Shown piece after piece: positions 62,188 through 64,000 of a stretch of 64,000 nucleotides of DNA. The notes under the pieces are model-generated. The model ran no database searches, was not told the origin of the DNA, and saw only the letters and a list, made by a program, of their open reading frames with translations. The translations under genes were made by a program, and so were the position numbers. The DNA comes from an uncultured Pelagibacteraceae bacterium (GTDB lineage Bacteria; Pseudomonadota; Alphaproteobacteria; Pelagibacterales; Pelagibacteraceae). The stretch lies in assembly GCA_902570425.1 (NCBI GenBank), contig CACFYB010000003.1:82134-146133 (forward strand), given 5' to 3'. The first letter of the stretch is position 1. The number at the start of each line of letters is the position of its first letter.

Positions 62188-62616
62188 ATGATTAAATATA
62201 AATTATTTTGTAAAAAATGTAACAATACTTTTGATAGTTGGTTTGCTTCTTCGCAAGAATATGAAAAGTTAAAAAAGAAGAAATTATTAAATTGCATAAA
62301 TTGTAATTCTATACAAGTTGATAAAACTTTAATGGCTCCTAAATTATTAAATAAAAAGCCTAATTCTAAATATCATCAGGATCTAAAAAAATTCAAAGAG
62401 ATGAGTAAGATAATAAAAAATTACCAAAAGTTTATAAAAAATAATTTTGAATATGTAGGTAAAAATTTTGCTTATGAGGCAAGATCTATTCATTACAAGA
62501 CCAAAAAAAAAGAAAAAGGGATCTTTGGCACAGCTTCTAAACAAGAAATTAAAGAATTAAAAGAGGAAGGAATTGAGACTGAAATGATTCCATGGATTGA
62601 AGATAATAAAAATTAG
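62188..62616 (+). CDS. DUF1178 family protein
   Basis: MIKY-L-C...FDSWF...CINC...KTLMAP...YVG-NFA-EAR-IHY...EEGI. Confidence 0.88.
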   Translation: MIKYKLFCKKCNNTFDSWFASSQEYEKLKKKKLLNCINCNSIQVDKTLMAPKLLNKKPNSKYHQDLKKFKEMSKIIKNYQKFIKNNFEYVGKNFAYEARSIHYKTKKKEKGIFGTASKQEIKELKEEGIETEMIPWIEDNKN

Positions 62617-63341
62617 TTTTTTCTAAATCTCGCAATATAATTTATCGATTTATCAGAACTCAAATTCCATTGATTTGAGATCAAATTAAACTTTACTCCA
62701 TCTAAACTTTCAAGCTTAAGATTATTTTTTTCTGAAATTTTAATAAGGTCTTCTGGCTTAACAAATTTTTCCCATTCATGAGTGCCTATTGGCAACCATC
62801 TCAAAATATACTCCGCACCAACTATTGCAAAAATATATGATTTTAGAGTTTTATTCAAAGTTGCAATAAACATTATACCATCTTTTTTTAATAGTTTCGC
62901 ACATGACATTAAAAAATAATTTACATTCTCAACATGCTCAATTATTTCCATATTAAGTATCACATCAAATTTATTAGGACTTTTAAAGTGCTCCGGTGAA
63001 GTATTAAAATATTTGATTTTTAAATTATTTTTTTTGGCATGTAATTTTGCAACACTAATATTTTTTGATGAGGCATCAATGCCAACAACCTCAGCGCCTA
63101 ATCTGCACATTGGTTCTGATAATAAACCGCCACCACAACCTATATCTAAAATCCTTAATTTTTTAAGAGGATTTGTAGTATTATTAATCTTAAAGCTTTT
63201 TATTAAGTTTTTTTTGATATATGAAATCCTAATAGGATTAAAATTATGTAATGGTTTAAATTTTCCATTTGGATCCCACCATTCCTCAGCTATTTTGGTA
63301 AATTTATCTATTTCTTTTTTATTAATTGTGCTAGTTTTCAT
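62613..63341 (-). CDS. ubiG: Ubiquinone biosynthesis O-methyltransferase
   Basis: WWDPNG-FKPLH-NP-R, LDIGCGGG, EIIEHV, GTHEWEKF. Confidence 0.96.
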   Translation of the reverse strand: MKTSTINKKEIDKFTKIAEEWWDPNGKFKPLHNFNPIRISYIKKNLIKSFKINNTTNPLKKLRILDIGCGGGLLSEPMCRLGAEVVGIDASSKNISVAKLHAKKNNLKIKYFNTSPEHFKSPNKFDVILNMEIIEHVENVNYFLMSCAKLLKKDGIMFIATLNKTLKSYIFAIVGAEYILRWLPIGTHEWEKFVKPEDLIKISEKNNLKLESLDGVKFNLISNQWNLSSDKSINYIARFRKN

Positions 63342-63406
63342 TTGTAAGTTGACTTTATATTCAACATGTATTTTATCAATATATTTAATTTTAAATAAAA
63401 TTTATC

Positions 63407-64000
63407 ATGAAAATTGTAGTATTAAAATTCGGTGGAACGTCAGTTGGCACAATTAGCAAAATTAAAATAGTTGCTGATATAATTGCAGGATATAAAAGGA
63501 AAAAATTTAGTGTGATAGTTGTTTCATCTGCAATGAGTGGTGTGACAAATGAGCTTATAAAAAAATCTGAGGCAATTAGTGGAAACTTTTCTGATGCTGA
63601 ATATGACGTATTGGTTTCTTCAGGTGAACAAATCGCATGTTCTTTGATTGCAGGCAGATTAATTCATTTAGGTTATAATGCAAGATCATGGTTAGCATGG
63701 CAAATTCCAATATTAACTCAAGGAATACATAAGAACTCAAGAATATACGACATCAATAAGAAAAAAATTTTTAATTACTTAAAAAAAGGTGGTGTTCCAA
63801 TAATAACAGGATTTCAAGGGATCAATGAGAACGAAAGGGTATCTACCATTGGTCGTGGAGGATCAGATGCCAGTGCCATATTACTAGCAAAATTTTTAAA
63901 AGCTCAAAGATGTATAATTTATACTGATGTTGAGGGTGTTTATACAACAGATCCAAATAAGCTGAGTAGAGCAAGGAAAATTAAAGAAATATCCTATGAA
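63407..64000 (+). CDS. lysC: Aspartate kinase, 3'-truncated by window edge
   Basis: MKIVVLKFGGTSVG...VSSAMSG...SGE...GFQG...GRGGSD...TDVEGVYTTDP. Confidence 0.95.
   Translation, partial: MKIVVLKFGGTSVGTISKIKIVADIIAGYKRKKFSVIVVSSAMSGVTNELIKKSEAISGNFSDAEYDVLVSSGEQIACSLIAGRLIHLGYNARSWLAWQIPILTQGIHKNSRIYDINKKKIFNYLKKGGVPIITGFQGINENERVSTIGRGGSDASAILLAKFLKAQRCIIYTDVEGVYTTDPNKLSRARKIKEISYE

Overview
Very AT-rich, gene-dense window that looks like core chromosome of a SAR11/Pelagibacterales alphaproteobacterium. The assignment is inferred from gene order (regB-cobT-cobS-J-bolA-aroB-aroK, def-fmt-truA, dapE-dapD, yidC-rnpA-rpmH, his, trp, rpsA-cmk-aroA, gcrA, dnaX-recR, glcB-accA-secA-argJ-ubiG-lysC), tiny intergenic spaces and a tRNA-His lacking G-1. 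It contains about 65 CDS, 4 tRNAs (Ser, Thr, Phe, His) and the SRP RNA. I saw no CRISPR, transposase or integrase. The most interesting items are: (1) an unannotated His-rich leader peptide with an overlapping hairpin, ahead of a tRNA-His gene that ends 4 nt before the hisS-hisZ-hisG operon; (2) a three-nuclease block (RmuC-like, phage-type PD-(D/E)XK exonuclease, ExoI-like) where addAB usually lies, upstream of trxA; (3) a SET-domain methyltransferase and HDAC-family deacetylase pair at the end of the argB-dapD-dapE run; (4) a tRNA-Thr with a non-canonical T-loop; (5) several core enzymes with substitutions at normally invariant residues (TrpB, Cmk, RegB, SecA, ArgF, AccD). All calls come from reading motifs by eye, and no searches were run.
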